The notes: a model not told the origin generated them from the sequence alone. A DNA stretch of 64,000 nt from Pseudomonadota bacterium (GCA_038142205.1 JAYQJO010000001.1:678527-742526); one strand, 5' to 3'; counted from the stretch's first letter, positions 41,674 to 52,143 are shown. Numbers and translations are program-made.

Positions 41674-42582
41674 TTGATCCTACATAAAATTTCTTTCAGG
41701 AGCATCGTAATGATAAAAAAACAAAGTCCAGCATCACAATTTCGTGAATTAATGGAAAAGCCAGGAATTATAAAAATGCTGGGTGCTCATGATGTGTTAA
41801 CGGCAGTGATGGTAGAACAATGTGGATTCGATTCTGTTTTTATAGGTGGTTTTGGCACCAGTGCCAGCTTATACGGCTTACCAGATTTAAGTTTTCTCGG
41901 TATGACGGAAATGGTTGATGCGACTCGTCGAATGGCGCACCGGGTTTCCATTCCGGTCCTTGCTGATGCCGATACCGGGCATGGTGATCTGCATAATGTT
42001 ATGCGTTGTGTTAACGAATTTGAAGGAGCAGGGGCGGCTGGTATTATTCTGGAAGACCAGGTTTTCCCAAAACGGTGTGGGCATTTTGGTGGTAAAGAGG
42101 TTATTCCTGCAGATGATATGGTGATGAAATTTAAGGCCGCTGTCGCTGAGCGAAATGATCCTGACTTTTCCTTTATCGCACGTACGGATTCGCGCGAAAC
42201 AGATGGACTTGATGATGCTATTGACCGGGTCAACCGTTATTGTGATGCCGGTGCCGATATCGCCTTTATTGAAGCACCCTTATCAATCAATGAACTGGAA
42301 GAGATTTGTAAACGCGTTGAATATCCCAAGTTTGTTAACATGCTTGCCTTGGGCAAGACTCCCATATTGAGTGCTGCTGAACTTGAAGATATGGGTTTCA
42401 AGATCATGGTCGCGCCAATTGATTCCGTGTTATTAACAGCGCATATCATGCGTGAGATGGCTGAAGTATTTAATCGCGATGGGCATACAAAAAGTCTTGA
42501 AGATAAAATGGTGGGTTTTGATGAAATAAAAGATATTCTGGGATTGCCTGAGTATTTATCATTAAAAGAAAATCTAAAATAA
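41674..42582 (+). CDS. PEP mutase / isocitrate lyase superfamily enzyme. It resembles methylisocitrate lyase, carboxyvinyl-carboxyphosphonate phosphorylmutase, or oxaloacetate decarboxylase.
   Basis: 'LGAHDVLTAVMVEQCGFDSVFIGGFGTSAS', 'DADTGHG', 'AGAAGIILEDQVFPKRCGH' and 'IARTDS' are ICL/PEPM family motifs. The likely start is M at 41707. Confidence 0.8.
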   Translation: MILHKISFRSIVMIKKQSPASQFRELMEKPGIIKMLGAHDVLTAVMVEQCGFDSVFIGGFGTSASLYGLPDLSFLGMTEMVDATRRMAHRVSIPVLADADTGHGDLHNVMRCVNEFEGAGAAGIILEDQVFPKRCGHFGGKEVIPADDMVMKFKAAVAERNDPDFSFIARTDSRETDGLDDAIDRVNRYCDAGADIAFIEAPLSINELEEICKRVEYPKFVNMLALGKTPILSAAELEDMGFKIMVAPIDSVLLTAHIMREMAEVFNRDGHTKSLEDKMVGFDEIKDILGLPEYLSLKENLK

Positions 42583-42601
42583 TTTTATTATCAAGTTTGT
42601 T

Positions 42602-42811
42602 ATGAAACGGCGATACGGGATACTTACTGTCTACTTTTTATTAGTCGTTACGGGGATACCCTGGTATTGGCCTAAGGGTAACGATGTGATTTTATTTGGT
42701 TTCCCAGCTTGGGTGTTTGTGGCCATCCTTGTATCAGCTTGCGCCTCAGTCTTTACTGCTTTTATCTTGTTGCGTTATCCCTGGAAAACTGAAGAAGGAA
42801 CAGATGAATAG
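42602..42811 (+). CDS. Small two-TM membrane protein (DUF3311/DUF485-like) that precedes the sodium:solute symporter.
   Basis: 69 aa. Its TAG overlaps the downstream ATG (ATGAATAG). The arrangement is typical of small accessory subunits of SSS transporters. Confidence 0.55.
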   Translation: MKRRYGILTVYFLLVVTGIPWYWPKGNDVILFGFPAWVFVAILVSACASVFTAFILLRYPWKTEEGTDE

Positions 42812-44300
42812 TATTCAGGTTTTTGATCAAAGAGCCTGGCTGTTTATCAGTGTTTATCTGGGCTCGTTAATACTGGTTGGTTTTTTAGGTTATCGCGCCA
42901 GACAGGAAAACACACTCAAAGACTTTTATCTTGCTGGAAACGGTTTTGGTTTAATCGTTATTTTTCTCACATTATACGCCACACAATATAGCGGCAATAC
43001 CTTGTTTGGATACTCAGGGAAAACTTACCGTATCGGTTATGCATGGATTATGAGTATTCATTTTATGACCGCAATCGTTGCGTGTTACTTGATTTATGCA
43101 CCGCAACTCTATGCGCGGGCTAGAAAATTTAATTACATAACACCAACGGATTATCTTCAACATCGTTTTAATTCAAACTGGATTAATATCGTCGCGACAA
43201 TCATTATGATTGTTGTTTTAAGTAACTATCTTCTTGCTCAGTTAATGGCAATGGGACGAGCGATGCAAGGCTTATCGACAGCCGATCCGGCAACAGCCTA
43301 TCAGCAAGGTGTTATTTTGCTCACATTGATCATGGTTATTTATGGAACGCTGGGAGGTATACGTGCCGTTGCCTGGACGGATGCTATTCAAGGTGTGGTT
43401 TTGATGATCGGATTTACTATCCTGCTATACATTGTATACAAACAGTTCGGCCCGATATCTCAAGCAACAATAACCATTCAGCAGTCGCAGGATATGGCAA
43501 AGGTCAATGTGCCTGATGCAAACCGACTCAGAGAGTGGTTAAGCTATATCATTATCGTTGGACTCGGTTCAACGTTATATCCGCAAGCTATTCAACGAAT
43601 TTATGCAGCACGCTCAGAAAAAGTGTTAAGACATGGGCTTGCCTTTATGGCCTTTGCACCATTATTAACAACGCTGATTGCTGTTATCACTGGAATTTAT
43701 GCGATTGCCTATGTACCAGGGCTAGAGGGCGCTGCTTCAGATCAAGTATTGGCAAAAATTATGATGCTGGTTCAACAAAATTCGGTATTAGGTTATTGGT
43801 TAGTTGTTGTTCTTTATGCAGCGATACTCGCTGCAATGATGTCAACGGCGGATTCAGCGCTGCTTTCGATTTCCTCAATGCTAAGTAAAGATATCTATGG
43901 CCGGTTTGTTGACGCAGATGCGAGCGAAGCAAGGCTAACGTTAATGGGTAAAATATTTTCCTGGTGTCTTATTATCTTTCTGGTATGGCTTGCTATTTAC
44001 TTGAGCGACAAAGCTTCATTAATAAAATTACTTGATAGGAAGTTCGATTTGCTAATACAACTTGTGCCTGCTTTTATGATCAGTATTCACTGGCAAAGGA
44101 TGAAGGCATTGCCAACATTTGTTGGACTTATTGTCGGGATAGTTGTTTCTTTGATACTTGCTTTTGGTGGATTTGATTTTGTTCAGAATGGCAAGGTGTA
44201 TGGTTTCCACCCCGGTTTATTTGGTCTTGTGGTTAACCTATCAATTGCAGTGCTTGGCAGCATGTTGATTGAAAAAAAGACAACAGACTATGCAACCTAG
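42804..44300 (+). CDS. Sodium:solute symporter (SSS) family transporter.
   Basis: About 13 TM helices. SSS-type motif regions 'YLAGNGFGLIVIFLTLYATQYSGNTLFG' and 'GGIRAVAWTDAIQG'. Confidence 0.8.
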   Translation: MNSIQVFDQRAWLFISVYLGSLILVGFLGYRARQENTLKDFYLAGNGFGLIVIFLTLYATQYSGNTLFGYSGKTYRIGYAWIMSIHFMTAIVACYLIYAPQLYARARKFNYITPTDYLQHRFNSNWINIVATIIMIVVLSNYLLAQLMAMGRAMQGLSTADPATAYQQGVILLTLIMVIYGTLGGIRAVAWTDAIQGVVLMIGFTILLYIVYKQFGPISQATITIQQSQDMAKVNVPDANRLREWLSYIIIVGLGSTLYPQAIQRIYAARSEKVLRHGLAFMAFAPLLTTLIAVITGIYAIAYVPGLEGAASDQVLAKIMMLVQQNSVLGYWLVVVLYAAILAAMMSTADSALLSISSMLSKDIYGRFVDADASEARLTLMGKIFSWCLIIFLVWLAIYLSDKASLIKLLDRKFDLLIQLVPAFMISIHWQRMKALPTFVGLIVGIVVSLILAFGGFDFVQNGKVYGFHPGLFGLVVNLSIAVLGSMLIEKKTTDYAT

Positions 44301-44302
44301 AG

Positions 44303-44725
44303 TCAGGCTTGTTTTATCCATTTCCGATTCATTTCGTAGTACGTAAACGATGCTGTCCAGGCAATGAGCACTAGTCCCATTACACCTTCCACAACAGCCA
44401 TGATTCGTCCATTCCCAGTAAGAATGATGTCGCCATAGCCTATGGTGGTATAGGTTGTTCCTGAAAAATAAACAAGATCAAGAAATGTTGGTGAGTCGAT
44501 TGAGAAAGTAATCAGGCTCATTGAAAACATGATTTGCCATGCAACAGCAAAGATAAGTATTTCAAGTAGATGTGCAATAACAGCAAGGAATAAGGCAAGA
44601 ACAATACTGGCAGGATGAGTGCCATGGAAATATCCCAACAACTTTGTTGTAGATAATAAAGCGGTGTAATGCAGGCCAATTGAAAATGCGACAGCAAATG
44701 TTGTAATTAATATTATGTAATACAT
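44303..44725 (-). CDS. Small two-TM potassium channel protein (KcsA-like pore domain).
   Basis: 140 aa with the K+ selectivity-filter signature 'TTIGYGD' between two hydrophobic helices. Confidence 0.7.
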   Translation of the reverse strand: MYYIILITTFAVAFSIGLHYTALLSTTKLLGYFHGTHPASIVLALFLAVIAHLLEILIFAVAWQIMFSMSLITFSIDSPTFLDLVYFSGTTYTTIGYGDIILTGNGRIMAVVEGVMGLVLIAWTASFTYYEMNRKWIKQA

Positions 44726-44746
44726 CTCTTAGGATTATATAATTAG

Positions 44747-45112
44747 CTAGTCATCAGTTAGTGCGTGTTTTTCCAGAACATCGAGTGGTACATATTCAAG
44801 TACTGAATGATGTGTAGAACGTAAGGAAAGCCTAGGGGCAACACCAGCCTCTAATGCTTCAATCCAGCGTGGCAAACATATACACCAGCGATCACCGGGC
44901 TTAAGTCCGGGAAAATCAAATTCCTCTCTAGGTGTTGATAAATCATTACCCGTTTTTTTTGAGAAGGCTAAAAACTCTTCAGTCATTTCAGCACACACCG
45001 TATGCATACCTAAGTCTTCATCACAGGTATCACAACTGCCATCACGAAAGAATCCTGTTGCCGGATCGAGGCAGCAATCTTCTAAATCTGTTCCTAAAGT
45101 ATTTTTAGCCAT
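44747..45112 (-). CDS. Conserved hypothetical protein (DUF2237-like).
   Basis: 121 aa. The Cys pattern 'CCLDP...GSCDTC...RWCIC' is typical of this family. The family assignment is tentative. Confidence 0.5.
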   Translation of the reverse strand: MAKNTLGTDLEDCCLDPATGFFRDGSCDTCDEDLGMHTVCAEMTEEFLAFSKKTGNDLSTPREEFDFPGLKPGDRWCICLPRWIEALEAGVAPRLSLRSTHHSVLEYVPLDVLEKHALTDD

Positions 45113-45166
45113 AATTTTTTATATATTCTAGTGTTTAAAATGAAATTAGCATATTAAATTCAATAT

Positions 45167-46429
45167 TTAAAAGTCAGACAAGTTTGGTATACGACCAAAA
45201 GCGATTTTTGCACCTGCATACCCGCCGGGAGGGTCTTCCCAAACACCTAGACTGGCAGCTTTATTACCATATTTACTAACAATCTCGTCCATTGTTTGTG
45301 TCAGTCTTTGCCATTTTATGTTCGTTCGATTGTTTTCAGTAAACAAGTCAGCTTGAGTTTGGTTTCCGTCGTTTAAATGAAAAATTGCTATGGAAACCTG
45401 TTTAATTCTATGCGGATATTTATTTTTGTCACCGCTATGGTTTTGCATGGCTTCTATCCATAGTATTGTCAATGCATTTAGAAAAGTATGATCATCAGAA
45501 GCAAAAGCAAAATGCTCTTCAGCATTCCACTTTATTTTATTTTCAAAACGCACACTTAAGCCAAATGAGGACGCTGTAAAACCGCTGCGACGGAGCCGTC
45601 TGGCTGCCTTTACAGTAAGTAAACGCGCGCAGTTACGTGCGCTTCGTGGCATACGATTTTCGGGTGTCAGTATACGACTATGTCCGAACATACGACGTGA
45701 TGTTTCATTTGGTTCGATTGTATAGCCATGCAAACCATACCAAAAACGTTCTCCTTCAATGGAGCCCCAAAGCGTGCGCAGGTTTTCTTTTGAGAGTGAA
45801 TAGAGTTTTTTGATTGAATGTATGTTTGCTATTTGCAAGCGTCTTTCCATGCTATGGCCAATACCCGGCAAGTCTCTTAACTTTAATGTATATAGTTGTT
45901 CTTCATATTGTTGTGGATGCCAGATGACAATGCCTTCCGGTTTGTCATAATCTGAAGCTGTTTTCGATAATAAATAATTTGGCGCGAAACCCATTGAGCA
46001 AGTTATGTAAGTCCCTATTTCATCAGCAAGCTTTTTTCTTATTTTATAAGCTAATGCTTTTAGATTTTTTCTTTCTCTACCGAGTAAAGTACAAATGACT
46101 TCATCAATAGAGTATGCCTGATCGATATGCACACAACTTTCTATACTTTGATAAATACGATGATGTAATTTCACATAAACATCATGACGGGCAGGGGCAA
46201 ATTTAATTTCAGGGCATAGCCCTAATGCTTCTTTAACACGCATTCCTGTTTTTACACCCTGTTTCTTCGCTTCGCGACTCGGTGCAATGATACATGATGT
46301 TTTTGACATGAAAGGCAATATACCAACAGGTCGCTGGCGCAAACGAGGTTGTAATTGTAGTTCGACGCTGGCAAAGAAACAATCGAAGTCGATATATAAA
46401 CGTTCGATTTCTGAGGGAAGCTGTATCAT
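45167..46429 (-). CDS. Y-family (DinB/UmuC/ImuB-like) translesion DNA polymerase.
   Basis: The N-terminal 'LYIDFDCFFASVE' matches the IMS catalytic motif 'DxDxFFA(S)VE'. 420 aa. Confidence 0.8.
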   Translation of the reverse strand: MIQLPSEIERLYIDFDCFFASVELQLQPRLRQRPVGILPFMSKTSCIIAPSREAKKQGVKTGMRVKEALGLCPEIKFAPARHDVYVKLHHRIYQSIESCVHIDQAYSIDEVICTLLGRERKNLKALAYKIRKKLADEIGTYITCSMGFAPNYLLSKTASDYDKPEGIVIWHPQQYEEQLYTLKLRDLPGIGHSMERRLQIANIHSIKKLYSLSKENLRTLWGSIEGERFWYGLHGYTIEPNETSRRMFGHSRILTPENRMPRSARNCARLLTVKAARRLRRSGFTASSFGLSVRFENKIKWNAEEHFAFASDDHTFLNALTILWIEAMQNHSGDKNKYPHRIKQVSIAIFHLNDGNQTQADLFTENNRTNIKWQRLTQTMDEIVSKYGNKAASLGVWEDPPGGYAGAKIAFGRIPNLSDF

Positions 46430-46547
46430 TCTTATTCTCCAAAACGGCTCTTAATTATAAGAGAACATTAAGAGAACTTTCAATTGAAAAATAAAGTAGA
46501 TAATGCTTCTGAAAAGTAGAGAAGTACTTATTATCTAATTGAATTAA

Positions 46548-47744
46548 CTAGAAATTATATGTTAAAAATAATTCGATATAATCATCTTTTGTGAGGGCAA
46601 AAGCAGGATCTGCCATCTTTTGATTCTCGAAAAACCGCCCTTGAATTTCAAGTAACCAGCTTTCGCCAACTCGCCGACTGGCTTCAATATTAAAGAACTT
46701 ACCTCCTGTGTTTCTATCCCAAATCAGGCCTATCAGAACTTCACTTGACTGGACATCATTAAAGGCAAGGCGTGCGCCCACCGCGATATCATCTTCAAAG
46801 ATACTTATTGCTGATTCACCGCGATCATCGTAATGGTATTCACCAAGTAAGCCTAAGTCGACACTGCTATCCATGATGCCAACAAAGGTGTATTCAAACC
46901 CACCAGCAAGCGCGTTATAGGTATTTGCCTGTCCACTACGATGCAACGCTTCGAGTTTCCATAACATATTGCCTTTTGTTGCTTGCAAATCTAATGAAGT
47001 CTGATTAATGATGTCGTAGAACGGAGTAAAGACAGTATTACCATTATTATCATTGCTTAGTAATAAACGTGGCTCGCGGCTAGTACCGTAAAAGTGTGAG
47101 ATGCCAATATCCCAGTCGCCAAAATAATGCGAATAACGCGCAGCAAGATCAATATGTTTTTCTTTAGAAGATGACTCGAATTGAGAACGCGTTTGATCGA
47201 TATACGGGATTGTTCTTAGACGACTGGACGTGCTGGGGAAATAGCGTTCACGGAAATAGGGCATAACAAACAAATCAACCGTGCCCCAATCATTAATCAA
47301 GGCCAGGTTAATCATGGGTTGGCCAAGTTTATCTTCAGTATCAAGGTTTTCAACTAAGTCTGTTTGATTAATTACATCAATCAGATGCTGAAACTCGGTC
47401 ACGCCCCAAAATACCTTTCGTATGCCAAGGCGTAATTCCCAGTTTTCAGCAACTTTCAGGTAGGTTAACTCGCGAATATCAAAATGTGTTCGTTCATTAT
47501 CATTTTCGTCTAATCGAAAAAAAGGAACAAAAGCAATGCTTTGATCACCATTATCCCAATCATGGTAATACTCAGACTCAAAAACAAATGAAAAGTTAGT
47601 TGAATAATCTTGTTGGGTATTCAGTGCTGTTTGAGTAAAGCCCTTGAATTCCAGCCCCGCATAACCTGTCAACTCACCTGCCGTAATAGAGGTACTGAAA
47701 AATAAGCTGCCTAATGCAATAGTGAGTGATTGCCGAAGCTTAAA
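46548..47744 (-). CDS. Outer-membrane beta-barrel protein (DUF1302-like).
   Basis: Signal peptide 'MFKLRQSLTIALGSLFFSTSITA'. Abundant aromatic-girdle strands. The C-terminus ends '...LFLTYNF'. Confidence 0.6.
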   Translation of the reverse strand, partial: FKLRQSLTIALGSLFFSTSITAGELTGYAGLEFKGFTQTALNTQQDYSTNFSFVFESEYYHDWDNGDQSIAFVPFFRLDENDNERTHFDIRELTYLKVAENWELRLGIRKVFWGVTEFQHLIDVINQTDLVENLDTEDKLGQPMINLALINDWGTVDLFVMPYFRERYFPSTSSRLRTIPYIDQTRSQFESSSKEKHIDLAARYSHYFGDWDIGISHFYGTSREPRLLLSNDNNGNTVFTPFYDIINQTSLDLQATKGNMLWKLEALHRSGQANTYNALAGGFEYTFVGIMDSSVDLGLLGEYHYDDRGESAISIFEDDIAVGARLAFNDVQSSEVLIGLIWDRNTGGKFFNIEASRRVGESWLLEIQGRFFENQKMADPAFALTKDDYIELFLTYNF

Positions 47745-47754
47745 CATTAAATAG

Positions 47755-48549
47755 TTAGCGCGCTCGTTTAAGTGTGTTCTTATCAAAATCTCGATCACTT
47801 AAGCCTGTTTTAAATTGATAATTTTCCCAGGATAAGGTCGTGCTCTTACCTGTTTGATGATTTGTCATTTCCATGGCACCAGGGCGCCAGTATTGATCAA
47901 GATATTGTTTGTAATCTAAAAAACGTAATGTTTTTAATGAGGCATTTTTACGATCATAGAATTCAAGTTTATTCGGCTGGTACATTTCCTTGTCTAACCA
48001 GACGATTTGTCGTGTATAACCGGAATGTTCGTATTGAGGATAGCGTTCGATAACAAAATTATCGCGGCTATCAACGACTTCATCACGTAGCCATTTATAT
48101 TTATATTTTTCCACTTCTTGTGATGCCAGATCTTCATAAGCGTATTCGCTCCCTACAAACGGCCCTGATTTATTAGAAGATGAAATACGTTTTACACGTT
48201 TTAGCGCAGGTAAATATAACCACTGATCATCAGGTGTTAGTGAGTGTGTATGACTTAAAAAAGCAGTGCCTTTTATATCTCTTGGGTTATCAAAAGTAAG
48301 TAAACTTTTGTCTCCATCACCTTTAACCTCAAGGGTAGTTATTTTCATGATGCGAGTACTGGTATTACCCTGTTTGTTTTTCAGGGTCATATTCATATCA
48401 GCGATTTGATCTGCCCAACCTGTATCACGCGTATCCGCTTCTATGGCAATGGCTAAACCTTTTTCCTCGGGTGTTTGTGCATAAACTGCATTAAGCAGTG
48501 GTGTTAATAGTGCTGTTATTAGTATCGTTGGTGTTAATATTTTCTTCAT
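47755..48549 (-). CDS. Outer-membrane lipoprotein-sorting (LolA-like, DUF1329) periplasmic protein.
   Basis: Signal peptide 'MKKILTPTILITALLTPLLNAVYA'. ~260 aa. It is typically co-encoded with DUF1302 and an RND/MMPL exporter. Confidence 0.6.
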   Translation of the reverse strand: MKKILTPTILITALLTPLLNAVYAQTPEEKGLAIAIEADTRDTGWADQIADMNMTLKNKQGNTSTRIMKITTLEVKGDGDKSLLTFDNPRDIKGTAFLSHTHSLTPDDQWLYLPALKRVKRISSSNKSGPFVGSEYAYEDLASQEVEKYKYKWLRDEVVDSRDNFVIERYPQYEHSGYTRQIVWLDKEMYQPNKLEFYDRKNASLKTLRFLDYKQYLDQYWRPGAMEMTNHQTGKSTTLSWENYQFKTGLSDRDFDKNTLKRAR

Positions 48550-50842
48550 CGGTTTTACCCTCAGTTTTCATTAAGATAGCTGGCAGAAGTAAGAAGTCAG
48601 CAAACAATGCAAATGCGATTACTATTGCTGTTAATAATCCCATTCCAGCATTTAGCTCAAAGCTTGATGTTGCCAAGATTAAAAAGCCAGTAACCAATAC
48701 AATAGACGTTACAATTAATGCTCTTCCTACTGTAGTAAATGCATAACGAACGGCATCTTTTGAGTTCAATCCTTTTTCTCTTCTTGCGCGTAAATATTTG
48801 CTGAGAAAGTGCACTGAGTCATCGACAACAATACCTAAACTCATACTGGCGACAATAGATAAGGAAAGCCCAATTTCTCCAACCAATAAACCCCATAAAC
48901 CAAAGCCCATTGCTGCTGGAACAAGGTTTGGAACCAGACTAATGACGCCGATTTTCAAGGAGCGCAGTGCAAAGATTAAAATGATTGATATTAGTATTAA
49001 TGCTACGGTTGTTCCCATCAACATACTAGAAATATTTCTTTTACCAATATTAGCGAACATAATTGATGTGCCGCTACCGTCCGCTTGCGCAATATGTTGA
49101 GTATTGTTTTTCAACCAGTTTTGAGCGCGCTTTTCCAGTTCGATTAAGTTATTCGACGAAATTGTTTTTAATGTTGCTGTCATGCGCGTTGCTGACTTGT
49201 CGATATTAATCTGATTATTAAGATCGAGACCGTAAGGTAAGGACATTTCATAAAGCAGTAAATACTGTGCTGATAAATTTCGGCCGTCTGGGACCTTATA
49301 ATAAGATTCATCATCAGCATGCATGTTTTTATTTAAACGTTTTATTATGTCGGTATAAATATTTACATGAAGTGTTTCCGGTTGTGCTCTATACCAGTTT
49401 GCGAAAGCTTCTATTTCGCGTAAAAACGCCGGTTCATTAATACCGCCTTCTTTTCCTGAACTTAAAGAATATTCAATATTGTATAAGCCGGTAAGGTTAT
49501 CTGTAGTAAAGTCTGAGTCTGTGCGAAACTCAATTGTCTCATCAAAATAATGAACAAAAATATCATTAAGTTCATTGCGTGGTAATGCGGCTATCAATAA
49601 TAAAATAAGCCCCGTCATTCCCCAGAAAAGAGGCGTCCTTTTAGCAACAACAAAGTCAGCGAATTTAGCTAATGCAGGATGTTTATCATCTTTTCGTTGC
49701 TTAACGCGCACTGGTAATAATGAAATGATTGCAGGCAACATTGATACGGACAGAATGAACGAAAATAAGATGCCAATTGAAACAAAGTTACCCAAATGAC
49801 CAAAAGGCGGGACATCGGAAAAATTCATCGTTAAGAAGCCAATCATTGTTGTAAAACTGGCAAGAAACACAGGTTGTAAGTTCAATCTTAAGCTTTCGGT
49901 TAAAGCATCGTTCTTACTTTTGCCAATGCGCATTTCATGCATAAACGTGACGAGTATATGAACACAGTTTGCTATGGCGACGGTTAATATAATTGTTGGT
50001 GCTGTTGCTGAAGGAGGGGACAGTGGCATACCTAAATATGCGCCTACACCCATACCTGACATTATTGAAAATAATATGACTAATAAAGTTGCAAATGTAC
50101 CGGTAAACCCGCCTACCAATAATGCGATTAAGAATAACATGGCGCCAAAACTAATAAGCACAATCGAAGCCATGTCATTTTTCGAAGATTCGGCAAAGGA
50201 ATTATTCATCATAACCATACCGGTGATATAAACTTTAATATCAGGATGCGCAGCGCGTACTTCATCGGCTAATTTTCTTGCATAGCTGACGACTTCCGGT
50301 GTTTCTTTTGTTTCATCTATTCTTGGTAATTGTACTGTTACATTAATACCAGTGACATGGCCGCTTTTAGAAATTAAACGATTAAGCAATAGTGGTTCGT
50401 TGATTGAAATATTTTTTATTTTTTCCAATTCCTGAACATTTAATGTCATCGCATCTGTAACCAGATCTCTCACAATCAAATCATCTTCTTCGGCTTCTGT
50501 GTGTTGATAGTTCGTAATGGAATCAACGCGGTTGGAGTAGGGGACCTGCCAGGCTTTTTCAGTTAGATTTGCAATAACAGATAGCATTTCCTGGGTAAAA
50601 ACATTACCGTTTTCAGGCGCGAGGACGAATAAGACGTTGTCGTTTTGCACATAAGTTTTTTCCAGTGCTTCAAAAGCTAATAACTGTGGATTATCTTCAC
50701 TGAAAAAGACTCGGTAGTTAGTGGTAAAACTGAGCAAGCGGCCACCACTTGCCGCTGATGCAACAATAAGAAGTGATAAAAAGATAACTAACCAACGGTG
50801 TTCCAATAACCATTTAGGATAACTTTTTTCTAGCCAGTTCAT
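48491..50842 (-). CDS. RND-superfamily (MMPL/SSD-type) exporter.
   Basis: 783 aa. Two 6-TM bundles are each preceded by a large periplasmic loop. The gene overlaps the DUF1329 gene by 59 nt. Confidence 0.8.
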   Translation of the reverse strand: MNWLEKSYPKWLLEHRWLVIFLSLLIVASAASGGRLLSFTTNYRVFFSEDNPQLLAFEALEKTYVQNDNVLFVLAPENGNVFTQEMLSVIANLTEKAWQVPYSNRVDSITNYQHTEAEEDDLIVRDLVTDAMTLNVQELEKIKNISINEPLLLNRLISKSGHVTGINVTVQLPRIDETKETPEVVSYARKLADEVRAAHPDIKVYITGMVMMNNSFAESSKNDMASIVLISFGAMLFLIALLVGGFTGTFATLLVILFSIMSGMGVGAYLGMPLSPPSATAPTIILTVAIANCVHILVTFMHEMRIGKSKNDALTESLRLNLQPVFLASFTTMIGFLTMNFSDVPPFGHLGNFVSIGILFSFILSVSMLPAIISLLPVRVKQRKDDKHPALAKFADFVVAKRTPLFWGMTGLILLLIAALPRNELNDIFVHYFDETIEFRTDSDFTTDNLTGLYNIEYSLSSGKEGGINEPAFLREIEAFANWYRAQPETLHVNIYTDIIKRLNKNMHADDESYYKVPDGRNLSAQYLLLYEMSLPYGLDLNNQINIDKSATRMTATLKTISSNNLIELEKRAQNWLKNNTQHIAQADGSGTSIMFANIGKRNISSMLMGTTVALILISIILIFALRSLKIGVISLVPNLVPAAMGFGLWGLLVGEIGLSLSIVASMSLGIVVDDSVHFLSKYLRARREKGLNSKDAVRYAFTTVGRALIVTSIVLVTGFLILATSSFELNAGMGLLTAIVIAFALFADFLLLPAILMKTEGKTDEENINTNDTNNSTINTTA

Positions 50843-50913
50843 AATTTTATCTCACTGTTAATATCGTAAATAATAAATAATTTGTAAAATATTTATTCAT
50901 AGTACAAATTTTT

Positions 50914-51516
50914 TTATTTAGTAAGTCCTGATAATATGAATCTAATAACTGAATGTGCTTTTTCTTCGAATTGCTCTTTTGTATAAAGCGACATAAACAT
51001 GGGTACATCAAAAACCACAAGACAGGCATTGATTGCGATTGCAGTATCGTTTAAATCATCAACATTAAACTCTTCGGATTGATTACCGTGTGCCAGGATT
51101 TCAACTAATAATGCTCTACTGTTCGCAATTTTATTATGTATCATTTCCGTATTGCTTTTCATTATTTCAGCACAGACCTCATCGAACTTCTTATTTTCTA
51201 AAGCAGCATTTTGACTAGCATGTAGCGTTGCTAGAACATATTTTTCTAGCTTTTCAGTTGCTGTTAAATTCTTATTTCTAACAATTTCTTTTAGTGCTTC
51301 TGCTTTTTCATTCATGTGGCATTTCGTACAAGCAGCTGCAATATCTTCTTTGCTCTTGTAGTAACGGTATAAATTGGCGGCAGACATGCCAGTATCTTCA
51401 GCAATTTCTGCCATGGTCGTTTTGTTATAACCGTATTCGCTGAAACGTCTTTCTGCTGCTTCCAGGATCAAAGTCGCAGTATCTTTTTTATCGTAAATTT
51501 CCGCAGTATTTTTCAT
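50914..51516 (-). CDS. TetR family transcriptional regulator.
   Basis: The N-terminal HTH is 'ILEAAERRFSEYGYNKTTMAEIAEDTGMSAANLYRYYKSKEDI'. Confidence 0.8.
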   Translation of the reverse strand: MKNTAEIYDKKDTATLILEAAERRFSEYGYNKTTMAEIAEDTGMSAANLYRYYKSKEDIAAACTKCHMNEKAEALKEIVRNKNLTATEKLEKYVLATLHASQNAALENKKFDEVCAEIMKSNTEMIHNKIANSRALLVEILAHGNQSEEFNVDDLNDTAIAINACLVVFDVPMFMSLYTKEQFEEKAHSVIRFILSGLTK

Positions 51517-51608
51517 GGGTAAAAGAATAGATCAGCAATAGTGAATATTCAACAAAATATTTATTATTTATTATTTTGAATGAGGAAATTTGTTACTTTT
51601 TGTGAATA

Positions 51609-51968
51609 TTATTTTTCAAAACAGCGTTTTTCGGCCATTCGGTATCGTACTTCTTCAATTTTGACGAGAGTAGATTTTGCTCCAACGCCTGTTTTGTAAT
51701 CCTGAAACGCACTGTAGCCTAATAAATAAAGTGCAGGCGTAAAGACTGTGCTCACAGCACTGGCAATTTGCGTCCTCTCACCTTTATTTGTTTCGTACGA
51801 GAAAGATTGTTTTTCGAGTGCTGATGCTTCCATGTAAAGTTCATTGCAGCTCCTAATATCGTAGAGCTTTTCTCCAGAGGATTCCTTCATTTGAACAAGG
51901 TTAAATGCCAGTACTTGTGCACTGGCGAAGATACATACGTTAAATATAATAAATACTCGTTTTCTCAT
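51609..51968 (-). CDS. Hypothetical small secreted protein (119 aa).
   Basis: Signal peptide 'MRKRVFIIFNVCIFASAQVLA'. Confidence 0.4.
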   Translation of the reverse strand: MRKRVFIIFNVCIFASAQVLAFNLVQMKESSGEKLYDIRSCNELYMEASALEKQSFSYETNKGERTQIASAVSTVFTPALYLLGYSAFQDYKTGVGAKSTLVKIEEVRYRMAEKRCFEK

Positions 51969-52143
51969 GTTCGTTTCCCACCATAAAGTTAGACTTCATG
52001 AACATGTTATCGGCATGATTAGAAAAAGTTTTACGGGTTATTTCGAATAAAAACAATATATTTATTAAGTGCCTAGATAGAAAGTGGCTTGATTTATCCA
52101 AGTCTGGCCTTATATAGTCATCTGTAAATAAATAAGGAATAAC

